Shown: positions 24,523-33,932 of the stretch, piece after piece
Numbering within the stretch: position 1 is the stretch's first letter
How the letters are laid out: the number at the start of each line of letters is the position of its first letter
From: a bacterium UBP6_UBA1177
GTDB taxonomy: Bacteria > UBP6 > UBA1177
Length of the DNA stretch: 64,000 nt
Direction of reading: 5' to 3'
NCBI GenBank assembly: GCA_002310995.1
Contig: DBYV01000055.1
Coordinates: 12,596 to 76,595 of the forward strand
Translations under genes and position numbers: made by a program
The notes under the pieces: model-generated
The model's database searches: none
What the model saw: only the letters and a program-made list of their open reading frames with translations
What the model was told of the DNA's origin: nothing

Positions 24523-26153
24523 TGTTTTCTGACCGCGTCAGAAATGCTAGTGTTGCTGCCGTAAGCTTTGTCGAACTGTTTTGCGAAATCTGCCGCAAGT
24601 TTCTCAGCTCTTGCCTTGAAAGCCTCTTTGTCGCTCCAAGTATTTATCGGATCGAGGATCGAGCTTTCTACACCGGGGCAGCTCTTCGGGATCATAACGT
24701 GGAAAAGTTTGTCTTCGGTGTATTCCGATTTTTCAAGCTCGCCGCTGATTGCAGCAGAAACAATTGCTCTCGTGATGTTGATATCCATTCTTTTGCCGAT
24801 ACCGTAAGCGCCGCCGCTCCAGCCGGTGTTTACGAGATAAACGTTTACACCATGGCGGTCCATCTTCTTGCCGAGCAGTTCACTGTAATCATTAGGATTT
24901 CTCGGCATAAACGGTGCACCGAAAAATCTTGAGAAAGTGCTTACCGGCTCAACGATACCGGTTTCCGTTCCTGCAAGTTTGCTGGTGTAACCCATAAGGA
25001 ACCAAAGCATAGCCTGCTCTCTTGTGAGTTTTGCAACGGGAGGAAGAACGCCGTTAGCATCTGCGGTGAGGAAAATAATCGTCGTCGGATGGCCACTTAC
25101 CGAAGATTCCTTGATGTTGGAGAGGAATCTCAGCGGGTAGCTTGCACGCGAGTTAGCTGTGTATCTTTCATCATCGAAATCGATCGTTCCGTCGGGATAA
25201 ATCATGCAGTTTTCGATCATTGCGCCATGTTCCATGTAGTCAGCTTCGTGGAAAACAGCGTTGTAAATTTCAGGTTCCTTCTCTTTTTTGAGATTGATAA
25301 GTTTTGCATAGCAGCCGTTCTCGAAGTTCGCGATACCATTATCGTTCCAGCCGTGCTCGTCATCACCGATGAGTTTTCTTTCGGGATCTGCCGAAAGTGT
25401 CGTTTTGCCTGTACCGCTGAGTCCCAGCATGAGCGCGCTTTTGCCGTCAGCACCTTCGTTTGCACTGCAATGAAGCGGAAGAATGCCGTATTCAGGCAGA
25501 TAATAGTTCATGACAGTAAACATAAGTTTTTTGCAGCTGCCGAGGTATGCCGAACCGAAAACAATACCCATAGAATTTTCGTAATCCATGACTATCGCCA
25601 TGTCGCTTGATTTGTTCTCGTTTATCATCCTGATGCGGTTTCTGTATTTTTTCTCGTCAAGTTTGTCGTAGGGAAGGACCAGAAGTGTGAATTGTTTATC
25701 CCAGAGCAGACTTTTTTCGATGCCTTCCGGAACCGCTCTGAACATATTGTCGGCAAAAAGCGAAGTGAACGCTCTGTCGGTGATCGTTCTGATCGGAAGA
25801 GCATAGCTTGCGTCAGCTCCGATGACTCTGTCTGTTACAAAAAGCATATCTTTCTTGGAAAGTCCCGCAATCGCATCCTCAAAAAGCATGTCGAAAGTTT
25901 CCTGCGATACCGGAAGGTTGTTCGGAGAAGTCCAGTCAACAGTTTTTTCGGTCTTGGAATTTTTGACGATAAATGTGTCTTTCGGGCTTCTTCCCGTTGA
26001 TTCAGCCGGTGTCCAGACTGCAAGAGCACCACTTTTCGTAACGAAAACCTTCTCCTTCGTTACCGATTTGTGAATAAGCATTTCCCTTGACGGATTGATG
26101 AAAACTTTTTTGTCGGAAACTAAAAGCTGTTTAAGCCCTGCCTTGAAATCCAT
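24507..26153 (-). CDS. pckA: phosphoenolpyruvate carboxykinase (ATP)
   Basis: GLSGTGKTTLS kinase motif, GDDEHGW, NGCYAK and FLTADANGVLPPV. Length is 548 aa. Confidence 0.95.
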   Translation of the reverse strand: MDFKAGLKQLLVSDKKVFINPSREMLIHKSVTKEKVFVTKSGALAVWTPAESTGRSPKDTFIVKNSKTEKTVDWTSPNNLPVSQETFDMLFEDAIAGLSKKDMLFVTDRVIGADASYALPIRTITDRAFTSLFADNMFRAVPEGIEKSLLWDKQFTLLVLPYDKLDEKKYRNRIRMINENKSSDMAIVMDYENSMGIVFGSAYLGSCKKLMFTVMNYYLPEYGILPLHCSANEGADGKSALMLGLSGTGKTTLSADPERKLIGDDEHGWNDNGIANFENGCYAKLINLKKEKEPEIYNAVFHEADYMEHGAMIENCMIYPDGTIDFDDERYTANSRASYPLRFLSNIKESSVSGHPTTIIFLTADANGVLPPVAKLTREQAMLWFLMGYTSKLAGTETGIVEPVSTFSRFFGAPFMPRNPNDYSELLGKKMDRHGVNVYLVNTGWSGGAYGIGKRMDINITRAIVSAAISGELEKSEYTEDKLFHVMIPKSCPGVESSILDPINTWSDKEAFKARAEKLAADFAKQFDKAYGSNTSISDAVRKQCPGK

Positions 26154-26249
26154 TTTAAAACTCCCTAAAATTATTGATAAAAGATATTGCCTCAGAAACT
26201 TTTTTCATTGAAAGACCGGAAAGCGTCTGCCTGAATCAGGCCGCATTGA

Positions 26250-27062
26250 TTAATCAAAATTATTGTTCGTTCCAGTCCAGATCATGTGGAAGTATTCGCC
26301 CATCTTCTCGCCGATAAAGCGCATTGCTTCCATATCGTCGGAATCGAAACGGCTGCTTCCCTTCTTGTTGATAAGCTCGAGAACACCGAAAGTGATGTTC
26401 GTTTCGAGAGATTTTATGGGAACACAGACTATCGAAGTGGTTTCGTATCCTATCTTCTCGCTTATATCTTTGAAAAATCTCGGATCTTTCTGAACGTCAC
26501 CGACAGCGATATAGCAGCTGTGTTTTGCCGCAAAACCGACAAGTCCCTGGCCTACGCGAACCTTAATACCGAGAACTGAATCAGCTTTCGGACCACGGCA
26601 GGAAACGAATTCCATATCGGTAGTGCTGAGATCGGATCTTGCAAACGAACCGCTTTCGCACGGTATATATTTGAGCGCGAGATCAAGGAAGAAATCGATT
26701 CCCTTCTGCTGCGGCATTCCCCAAGCATCCATAACTTCGGTGAAAAGATCGGCAAGAAGTTCATCTTTCGGAGTGATCTTGTCTGCAACCCATCCTGATT
26801 TTTTCTCTTCAACAAGCTCTCTGATGTCGGTAGTGTTCGCCGGATCGACTTCCCTGAGATAAAATTTTCTTCTGGAATCGGTATCGGTGACAACGATAAG
26901 ACCGTTTTCCTTGACATCACAAAGAATGTGCTTCATGCAGTCGGCAAGACCTTTACTCGTGAGCGCTTCTTTGAGCGCCTCCATATAATCAGAACTTTCC
27001 GACATAATAATAACACCTTTCGAGCTTCCAGCCATTGGAATAAAGACTTCAAATTTAGCCAT
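26250..27062 (-). CDS. GAF-domain protein with an unrecognised N-terminal domain
   Basis: An AAGGAG RBS precedes the ATG at 27062. The GAF core reads GQGLVGFAAKHSCYIAVGDVQKDPRFF...SIVCVPI...GVLELINK. Confidence 0.7.
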   Translation of the reverse strand: MAKFEVFIPMAGSSKGVIIMSESSDYMEALKEALTSKGLADCMKHILCDVKENGLIVVTDTDSRRKFYLREVDPANTTDIRELVEEKKSGWVADKITPKDELLADLFTEVMDAWGMPQQKGIDFFLDLALKYIPCESGSFARSDLSTTDMEFVSCRGPKADSVLGIKVRVGQGLVGFAAKHSCYIAVGDVQKDPRFFKDISEKIGYETTSIVCVPIKSLETNITFGVLELINKKGSSRFDSDDMEAMRFIGEKMGEYFHMIWTGTNNNFD

Positions 27063-27311
27063 AATGTTCTCCTTCAAGAATGACTCCTACAAAAAAAACA
27101 GAGTATTAAACACCAAAAACAGAAAAATTTCAAATATTCATTGTTAAAAAATACCATAAATTCAAGAAAAGTGTTTTTTTCTGCCTTAACAGCATAATTT
27201 TTAACGACAATTCTCTTTATATATTACGCATTGAAAAGGTTTAGTGGACTTTAAATTCTTAATGAATTATATTCTGCGAGGTGTTTTTGTATTTTTTTAA
27301 AGGAGAAGAAA

Positions 27312-27740
27312 ATGGAAGATCGGAGAAAAAACAAAGACCGCAGAGACGATTTGCAGTTCAAGCTTCCCAATGATGCAAGAGGCAAAAAGGACCGCAGACA
27401 GAAGGAAAGACGCACTAAAGAGCGTATTCCTGTTAAAATGTGGGTAAGAAATATTGACGGGAATGCCGACTATTTTCAGCAGACAGCCAACCTGAGTACA
27501 AACGGAATGTACATTCTTTCCCCCAATCCATACGAAGTCGGAACAATCATAGAAATTGAATTTCAGGTTCCGGGGACCGATCACATAATCAAATGCGGTG
27601 CTGAAATCCTGCGCTGCACGGAAGAAAATCAGGTTATCGGACTCAGCGCTAAATTCGTAAACATGTCGGATGACGACAAAAAAGTGATCGAAAAAGCCAT
27701 GAATGAGCTGATAAGCGAATTTTGGTATATAAACGAATAG
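27312..27740 (+). CDS. PilZ-domain protein (c-di-GMP receptor candidate) with an R/K-rich N-terminus
   Basis: RRTKER (RxxxR) followed by NLSTNG ((D/N)xSxxG). An AAGGAG RBS is present. nadB starts 7 nt downstream. Confidence 0.7.
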   Translation: MEDRRKNKDRRDDLQFKLPNDARGKKDRRQKERRTKERIPVKMWVRNIDGNADYFQQTANLSTNGMYILSPNPYEVGTIIEIEFQVPGTDHIIKCGAEILRCTEENQVIGLSAKFVNMSDDDKKVIEKAMNELISEFWYINE

Positions 27741-27747
27741 GAGAGAA

Positions 27748-29346
27748 ATGAAACGCATTTATGCAGACGCCCTCATTATAGGAAGCGGGCTTTCAGGGCT
27801 TTCGACCGCTCTTAGTCTTGCTGAAAAAGGGCTTAAAACGGTAGTTGTCACAAAAGAGGCAATTGATGTTTCAAACAGCGCCAACGCTCAGGGCGGAATT
27901 GCAACTGTTACTGACTTCAACGTAGATTCCTTTGAAAAACATATTCAGGACACCATCACGGCAGGTGCCGGTCTCAACAACGAAAAGGCTGTCCGCTTTT
28001 TTGTAGAAAACGGCCCCGATGCCATCAAATACTTTGAAAAATTAGGCTGCCACTTCACGGAAGATGCTCAGGGGCATCTTGACCTCGGACGTGAAGGAGG
28101 CCATTCTGAGCGCAGAGTCGTTCATGCAGGCGATATCACCGGTTTCGAACTGATAAAAGTCGTAAAGAAAGCTGTTCTGCTTCACTCAAATATCACCGTT
28201 CTCGAAAATCACACTGCGATTGACGTTATCACCGAATCGAAGTTCATGTGCAGCGAAAGCAACAAAATCATCGGCGCATACGTTTTAGGCAAAAACGGCG
28301 AAATCCTTACGATTACCGCAAAAACAGTGCTTCTCGCGACAGGTGGATGCGGCAAAGTTTATCTTTACACATCGAATCCCGATGTTACGACCGGTGACGG
28401 TGTGGCAATCGGTTTCAGAGCCGGCGTTCCGGTTGTAAATATGGAGATGATCCAGTTCCACCCGACGATTCTCTACCACGAAAAAATCAAGTCAATGCTT
28501 ATTTCCGAGGCTTTGCGCGGAGAAGGCGGCGTTCTCATAAACAAACGCGGTGAAACCTTCATGGAAAAGTACCATCCGCTCAAATCGCTTGCTCCGAGAG
28601 ACATCGTTGCCCGTGCTATTGACCATGAAATGAAAATGAGCGGCGACGACTGCGTATTCCTTGATATGACCAAGCTTGACGGTCACTTCCTGCAGCAGAG
28701 ATTCCCGAACATTTTCAGAATCTGCATGGAGGCAGGAATAGATATGAGAACAATGCCGATTCCTGTCGTTCCTGCGGCTCACTATTCATGCGGAGGCTTG
28801 CAGAGTGAACCGACTGGCAAAACAATTATTCCTGGTCTATTCGTAAGCGGAGAAGTCGCACACACCGGGCTTCACGGCGCAAACAGACTTGCTTCCAACT
28901 CGCTTCTTGAAGCTGCCGTCATGGCAAAATACGTTGCCAAAGAGATTATCGCATATCTCGGCGAATACTCAGGCGAATGTCCCGAACCTCCTGAATGGAA
29001 TCCTGGAGATGCCGAAGACGAAGATGAAAAGATCATCATCAAGCAGAACTGGGACGAAGTGCGCCGCATAATGTGGAACTATGTCGGAATCGTCCGCAGC
29101 AATAAACGCCTTGAGCGCGCTCTGGCAAGACTGGAACTTATGAAACACGAAATCAACGAATACTACTGGAATTTCAAGGTTTCGCGTGACCTTCTTGAAC
29201 TCAGGAACCTCACTCTCACGGCCGAGCTCATTATAAAAAGCGCGATGAAACGCAAAGAGAGCCGCGGTCTGCACTACAACATTGATTATCCGAAAACACT
29301 GCGCGAAGCAAAAGACACCATTCTGACACCGTCGGAAATTTTGTAA
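27748..29346 (+). CDS. nadB: L-aspartate oxidase
   Basis: FAD motif IIGSGLSGLS, QFHPT, HYSCGG and GANRLASNSLLE. Length is 532 aa. Confidence 0.92.
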   Translation: MKRIYADALIIGSGLSGLSTALSLAEKGLKTVVVTKEAIDVSNSANAQGGIATVTDFNVDSFEKHIQDTITAGAGLNNEKAVRFFVENGPDAIKYFEKLGCHFTEDAQGHLDLGREGGHSERRVVHAGDITGFELIKVVKKAVLLHSNITVLENHTAIDVITESKFMCSESNKIIGAYVLGKNGEILTITAKTVLLATGGCGKVYLYTSNPDVTTGDGVAIGFRAGVPVVNMEMIQFHPTILYHEKIKSMLISEALRGEGGVLINKRGETFMEKYHPLKSLAPRDIVARAIDHEMKMSGDDCVFLDMTKLDGHFLQQRFPNIFRICMEAGIDMRTMPIPVVPAAHYSCGGLQSEPTGKTIIPGLFVSGEVAHTGLHGANRLASNSLLEAAVMAKYVAKEIIAYLGEYSGECPEPPEWNPGDAEDEDEKIIIKQNWDEVRRIMWNYVGIVRSNKRLERALARLELMKHEINEYYWNFKVSRDLLELRNLTLTAELIIKSAMKRKESRGLHYNIDYPKTLREAKDTILTPSEIL

Positions 29347-29372
29347 CTGTAAAAATACATGGAGGCGGCATC

Positions 29373-31145
29373 ATGAAAAGATTTACGTCAGCGGCAATCC
29401 TTATTTTCATGCTCTTTTTCGGAGCAGCCTGCGGTGGTTCTTCTAAAAACGAAGAAAAATCCGATACCGATGTAGAAACCAATGACATCGAAAATACTGA
29501 CGAAGATACCGAATCGCTGCCTGATGCAGACGAACCTGTTTCAGAAGAGCCCGAATTTGATGAAAAAAAGCTGGAGAGTATCAAAAATCTTGCCGAAGAA
29601 TATGTCAATTCCGCTCATGGAACCGGTGTTGTGATTGGTTTCGGGAAAGATGAACTCACTTCCATAGCTTACGGTATCCGCAACAGCAAAACACAGGAAC
29701 CGCTTTCGACAGACGATCTTTTTGATATCGGAAGTATTACCAAAAATTTCACCGCCGTTACAATGCTTCTTTTGCAGGAAGAAGGTAAAGTAAACCTCGA
29801 CCAGACGATTGACAAATGGTTCCCCGACTTTGAAAAAGGTGACAAAATCACTGTCAGAATGCTCCTCAACCACACATCCGGCATTCTGGAATGGAACGAA
29901 TTCGACGATCTTGAAGGTATGGTAGACAAGGTCAACGGAAAATTTAACTTCGAACCCGGAACCGACTGGTCGTACAGCAACACGAACTTCGTTATCGCAG
30001 GGCTTATCATAAACAAAATTACCGGAAAAGATGCTGTTGAAGTTATCCGTGAAAAAATACTTGATCCGCTCGGAATGACTCACACTTTTATGAAAAATTT
30101 CGAAGAGTATCCGTTGGATGACAAGGCTCACGGACACACCTTCGACGAGTACGGAAATATTGTTCCTTATGAACTCAACGAACGTTTCTGGACTGCCGGC
30201 GGAATCGTCTCAAACGTTGAAGATATGTTCAAATACGCTTACGCGCTTTTCAACGGAGAGCTCCTTTCCGAAGAGAGCATGAAGGAAATGCTTGATTTCG
30301 TGAAAGTCTCAGGAATACCTGTTTACGGGCTCGGAATGATGTATGACAAAGGACATCACGGTGAATTTTACACACACGGGGGAGATGTTATCGTAACTGC
30401 GGCTTTGATTGCCTTCTACCCTGAAACCGGCGAAATACACATACTGTTTAACAACTTCAGCGGTAGTTCAAGCACCCTCGCTATTCTCAACGACTGGATG
30501 GAATATGTTCTTGCGGACGAGGGAGAAGCAGAAAAAGGGACGGTTTTTCCTGATTGGAACGAGCTTGTTGATAACGGAGACGACACTCAGATTTTCTCCC
30601 TTTACGCGCCGCTTCCTGATTACGAGTCCGAAGAACTGAACGAATCCATAGGGTACTTCATCTATCCCGAAGATTACATACCCGATTTTTACTGCAGTCA
30701 TTATGCGTTCAAATCACAGGGTTATGTAAAAATCATACAGCAGTGTATGGAGCCTGAAAGATATTACCAAGGCACCATCAAAGTCGGAAGAACCGATATC
30801 GACATGTATCTCGGCAATTTTGAATCAGCAGTCGAATCAGGCGAGCCGACGCAGAATTTCTATATCACGAAATACGATTACTATTACGATCTCGAGACAG
30901 ATTTTCTCTCTAAAATATGCTACTCGCTTGAAGAAAGTGATCCCGACAAATACATGATGATTTCAAGCAGTCAGCATCCCTCCGGTACTGAGTATTACAC
31001 CATTTGGGGAAAATCAAAAATGGCTGAAAGCACAAGAGCTAAAGGATGCGAGTGCTACAACAAAGATGAGACAAAACGCGAATGCACTGAAGAGGAACTT
31101 ACGGAAAACGAAACCACTATTCTTAATATACCGACATTACTTTAG
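29373..31145 (+). CDS. serine hydrolase (beta-lactamase/class C PBP family) lipoprotein with a ~220-aa C-terminal extension, paralog 1
   Basis: Lipobox FFGAAC, an acidic linker, SxxK = SITK (GSITKNFTAV), YSNTNF (YxN) and HGG. The extension ends GCECYNKDETKRECTEEE. Confidence 0.8.
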   Translation: MKRFTSAAILIFMLFFGAACGGSSKNEEKSDTDVETNDIENTDEDTESLPDADEPVSEEPEFDEKKLESIKNLAEEYVNSAHGTGVVIGFGKDELTSIAYGIRNSKTQEPLSTDDLFDIGSITKNFTAVTMLLLQEEGKVNLDQTIDKWFPDFEKGDKITVRMLLNHTSGILEWNEFDDLEGMVDKVNGKFNFEPGTDWSYSNTNFVIAGLIINKITGKDAVEVIREKILDPLGMTHTFMKNFEEYPLDDKAHGHTFDEYGNIVPYELNERFWTAGGIVSNVEDMFKYAYALFNGELLSEESMKEMLDFVKVSGIPVYGLGMMYDKGHHGEFYTHGGDVIVTAALIAFYPETGEIHILFNNFSGSSSTLAILNDWMEYVLADEGEAEKGTVFPDWNELVDNGDDTQIFSLYAPLPDYESEELNESIGYFIYPEDYIPDFYCSHYAFKSQGYVKIIQQCMEPERYYQGTIKVGRTDIDMYLGNFESAVESGEPTQNFYITKYDYYYDLETDFLSKICYSLEESDPDKYMMISSSQHPSGTEYYTIWGKSKMAESTRAKGCECYNKDETKRECTEEELTENETTILNIPTLL

Positions 31146-31154
31146 GAGAGCAAT

Positions 31155-33005
31155 ATGAAAAAACTTCTCACAGCAATGATTATTATTTCGATGCTTGTTT
31201 TCGGAGTATCCTGCGGAAGTTCTTCCAAAAACAAGGAAGAGACTCCTGACACAGACAATGCTGACACAGAGACAGACTCTGATACCGACACAGAAACAGA
31301 GAATACAGATACTGACAACACTGATGATGAAAAAGAAGATGGCGACTCTGACGACGAACCGAAACCGAAACAGCCTCTGACCGACGAAGAAAAACTTGAA
31401 AGCATTAAAAATCTTGCCGAAGAGTATATGCATTTTGCGCATGGAACCGGCGTTGTTGTCGGATACGGTTACGACAAGCTTACTTCTTTTGCAATAGGAG
31501 TTCGTAACAGCGAGACAAAAGAACCGCTTCAGGCAGACGATCTTTTTGAAGTCGGCAGCATAACCAAAAATTTCACTGCCGTAACCATGCTCCTCTTACA
31601 GGAAGAGGGAAAAATCGACCTTGATCAGACAATAGACAAGTGGTTCCCCGATTTTGAGAAAGGAGACATCATCACCGTCAGAATGCTGCTCAACCACACT
31701 TCAGGTATCATGGAAATGAGTGATGTTATGGACCCCGAAGATGTTGTCGAAGATGTCAACGGACGTTTTGACTTCGAACCTGGGACTTCATGGACTTACA
31801 TCAACGCAAATTTTGTTCTCGCAGGACTGATTATGAGCGAAGTTGCAGGAAAACCGGCACACGAAGTCATCCGCGAAAAAATAATTGAACCGCTCGGTCT
31901 CAAAAATACTTTTATGAGAGGCTTTGAAGAGCATTCTGAAGAAAACAAAGCTCACGGACACGCTTACGATGCTCACGGAAGCATCGTTCCTTACGAATAT
32001 CAGCACAAAGCGTGGACGGCAGGTTCTCTCGTTTCCAATGTCGAAGACCTTTTCAAATACGGCCATGCACTTTTCCATGGACAGATCCTGTCAGAAGAAA
32101 GCATGAACCAGATGCTTGACATAGTTGACCTTCTCGGAACCCCGATGTACGGGCTTGGAACGCAGTACGGAAAAGGCTCTCACAGTGAATTTTACGGTCA
32201 CGGCGGTGATGTTTTCGCGTCGCACTCAATGCTTTATTACTACCCTGAAACCGGCGAAATCCACATCATTCTCAACAACTTCAATGAAAGCAAGGACATG
32301 TATGTCCTCAACGATGAGATTGAATATGTTCTTATGAAAGACAATCCTGCAAAAAAGAAAACCGCTTTTCCGGATTGGGACAAACTTATAGACAAAGATG
32401 AACACACTCAGGTTTTTGCCCTCTATTCGATAATGGCAGATTATCCGGTATACAATCTTGATTACGGCATCGGCTACTTCGTTTATCCCGAAGACACCTA
32501 CATCAACTACTACTGCACTCAGTATATGTTCAGATATCCCAGCAACGGCGGAACAATTGTAAAAATCGCTTCTGAATGCATTGAACCTAAAGAATATTAT
32601 GTCGGGCCCTTCAAAGTTCAGCGCACTGACATTGACATGTATCTCCGCGATTTTGAAAAAGCTCTCGATTCGGACGAACCGACACAGGACTTCACTCTTA
32701 CAAAATACGACTATTTCTACGATCTTGAAAATGAGTATGTGTATAAATACTGCTATTACCTTGAAGACAATGATCCTGACAAATATATGCTCATTGCAAG
32801 CGACACAAATCCGTCAAAAACCGAGTTCTATCACGTTTGGGGAAAGACAAAAATGGATGCAAGTGTCAATCTGACAGGTTGCCACTGCTACAACAAAGCC
32901 AGCAAAGAGCGTGAATGCACCGAAGATGACGAATATCCGCCGAAAGAAGACTCTGAAGAACCGGAAGAAACCGGCGACGATGATGAAATCCCGGATAACG
33001 AATAG
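31155..33005 (+). CDS. serine hydrolase (beta-lactamase family) lipoprotein, paralog 2
   Basis: Lipobox VFGVSC, an acidic D/T linker, GSITKNFTAV, YINANF and HGG. It is collinear with paralog 1, including the C-terminal extension (GCHCYNKASKERECTEDDE). Confidence 0.8.
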   Translation: MKKLLTAMIIISMLVFGVSCGSSSKNKEETPDTDNADTETDSDTDTETENTDTDNTDDEKEDGDSDDEPKPKQPLTDEEKLESIKNLAEEYMHFAHGTGVVVGYGYDKLTSFAIGVRNSETKEPLQADDLFEVGSITKNFTAVTMLLLQEEGKIDLDQTIDKWFPDFEKGDIITVRMLLNHTSGIMEMSDVMDPEDVVEDVNGRFDFEPGTSWTYINANFVLAGLIMSEVAGKPAHEVIREKIIEPLGLKNTFMRGFEEHSEENKAHGHAYDAHGSIVPYEYQHKAWTAGSLVSNVEDLFKYGHALFHGQILSEESMNQMLDIVDLLGTPMYGLGTQYGKGSHSEFYGHGGDVFASHSMLYYYPETGEIHIILNNFNESKDMYVLNDEIEYVLMKDNPAKKKTAFPDWDKLIDKDEHTQVFALYSIMADYPVYNLDYGIGYFVYPEDTYINYYCTQYMFRYPSNGGTIVKIASECIEPKEYYVGPFKVQRTDIDMYLRDFEKALDSDEPTQDFTLTKYDYFYDLENEYVYKYCYYLEDNDPDKYMLIASDTNPSKTEFYHVWGKTKMDASVNLTGCHCYNKASKERECTEDDEYPPKEDSEEPEETGDDDEIPDNE

Positions 33006-33051
33006 CGTAACGGCGTGACGACGTAACGTCGAGGGCGCACAATTAAAAAAA

Positions 33052-33375
33052 TCACAGATTTCTTTTAACTAAATCTTCGAGTTCCTCTTTCGGAACAAGA
33101 CCGACTGAAGTTTCAATTTCCTGACCGTTTTTGAAAACTTTGATGCAGGGAATTCCGCGGATTTTGTACTTGAACGAAAGTTCCATGTTTTCGTCGGTAT
33201 CGACCTTTACGAATTTGACATTTGCATTGTCTGCGTAGTCGTTCGAAAGCTCTTCAAAAATCGGTCCCAGCATTTTGCAAGGTCCGCACCACTGAGCCCA
33301 GAAATCGACGATTGCGACACCTTTGAAATCAATGACTTCAGCCTGAAAAGTTTCTTCGTTTGCGTGAATAAGCAT
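33052..33375 (-). CDS. trxA: thioredoxin
   Basis: 107 aa with the WAQWCGPCK active site and a canonical length. Confidence 0.95.
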   Translation of the reverse strand: MLIHANEETFQAEVIDFKGVAIVDFWAQWCGPCKMLGPIFEELSNDYADNANVKFVKVDTDENMELSFKYKIRGIPCIKVFKNGQEIETSVGLVPKEELEDLVKRNL

Positions 33376-33383
33376 ATCTCCTC

Positions 33384-33920
33384 CTAATTGAAAACTATTT
33401 TTTTAACGCCGTTTTTGCTGAGTGAGAGAACTTCCCTTTCAAGGTCGGGATAGTCTTTTTTACTCTCGTTTCCTTCGTTGCTTACCTGAATTTTGTAGAA
33501 AAACGCGGCAACAGGAGCTTTCTCGCCCTCGATGTGGAAAAAGAAAACCTTATCGTCCTCGATTTCAATCGCTTCCTTACTCTCCCCTTTCACCTTCGGA
33601 ACAATGTTGTAAAGAGATTTCATCGAGCAGAATTTTCTGACGGGTACGAATCTGCCGTCCTCAAAGCACGAAACGTCATCGCTGCTTTTGAAATTGATTT
33701 CCTTGATGTCTGTGAACTTGAGCATAAGCTCGTTCACACCTTGCGCAGCCATAACAGTTGTCGTCTCGACAAGCGACTTGGTGTTGCTAAGCTGTGCAGC
33801 TTCGATTTTTACGATTTTTCCCGAAATTTTTTTGCCGTTTTTGAGCGTAATCGTTGCGTTCTGCGCGAAAACTAAGGATGAAACAAGCAGAACTGCCAGA
33901 AACAAGAAGATTTTTTTCAT
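33384..33920 (-). CDS. secreted protein, unknown function
   Basis: A GGAGG RBS precedes the ATG at 33920. The signal peptide is MKKIFLFLAVLLVSSLVFA. It has two Cys. It lies 8 nt upstream of trxA. Confidence 0.6.
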   Translation of the reverse strand: MKKIFLFLAVLLVSSLVFAQNATITLKNGKKISGKIVKIEAAQLSNTKSLVETTTVMAAQGVNELMLKFTDIKEINFKSSDDVSCFEDGRFVPVRKFCSMKSLYNIVPKVKGESKEAIEIEDDKVFFFHIEGEKAPVAAFFYKIQVSNEGNESKKDYPDLEREVLSLSKNGVKKIVFN

Positions 33921-33932
33921 AATAACCTCCAA

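Noticed and set aside
27078-27311. Hidden tRNA or small RNA gene in the long AT-rich spacers (also 38539-38674, 40764-40911, 51160-51250, 55972-56149)
   Set aside because: I could not fold any cloverleaf-compatible stems, and no conserved ncRNA motif was recognisable. The regions look like ordinary divergent or upstream promoter DNA.
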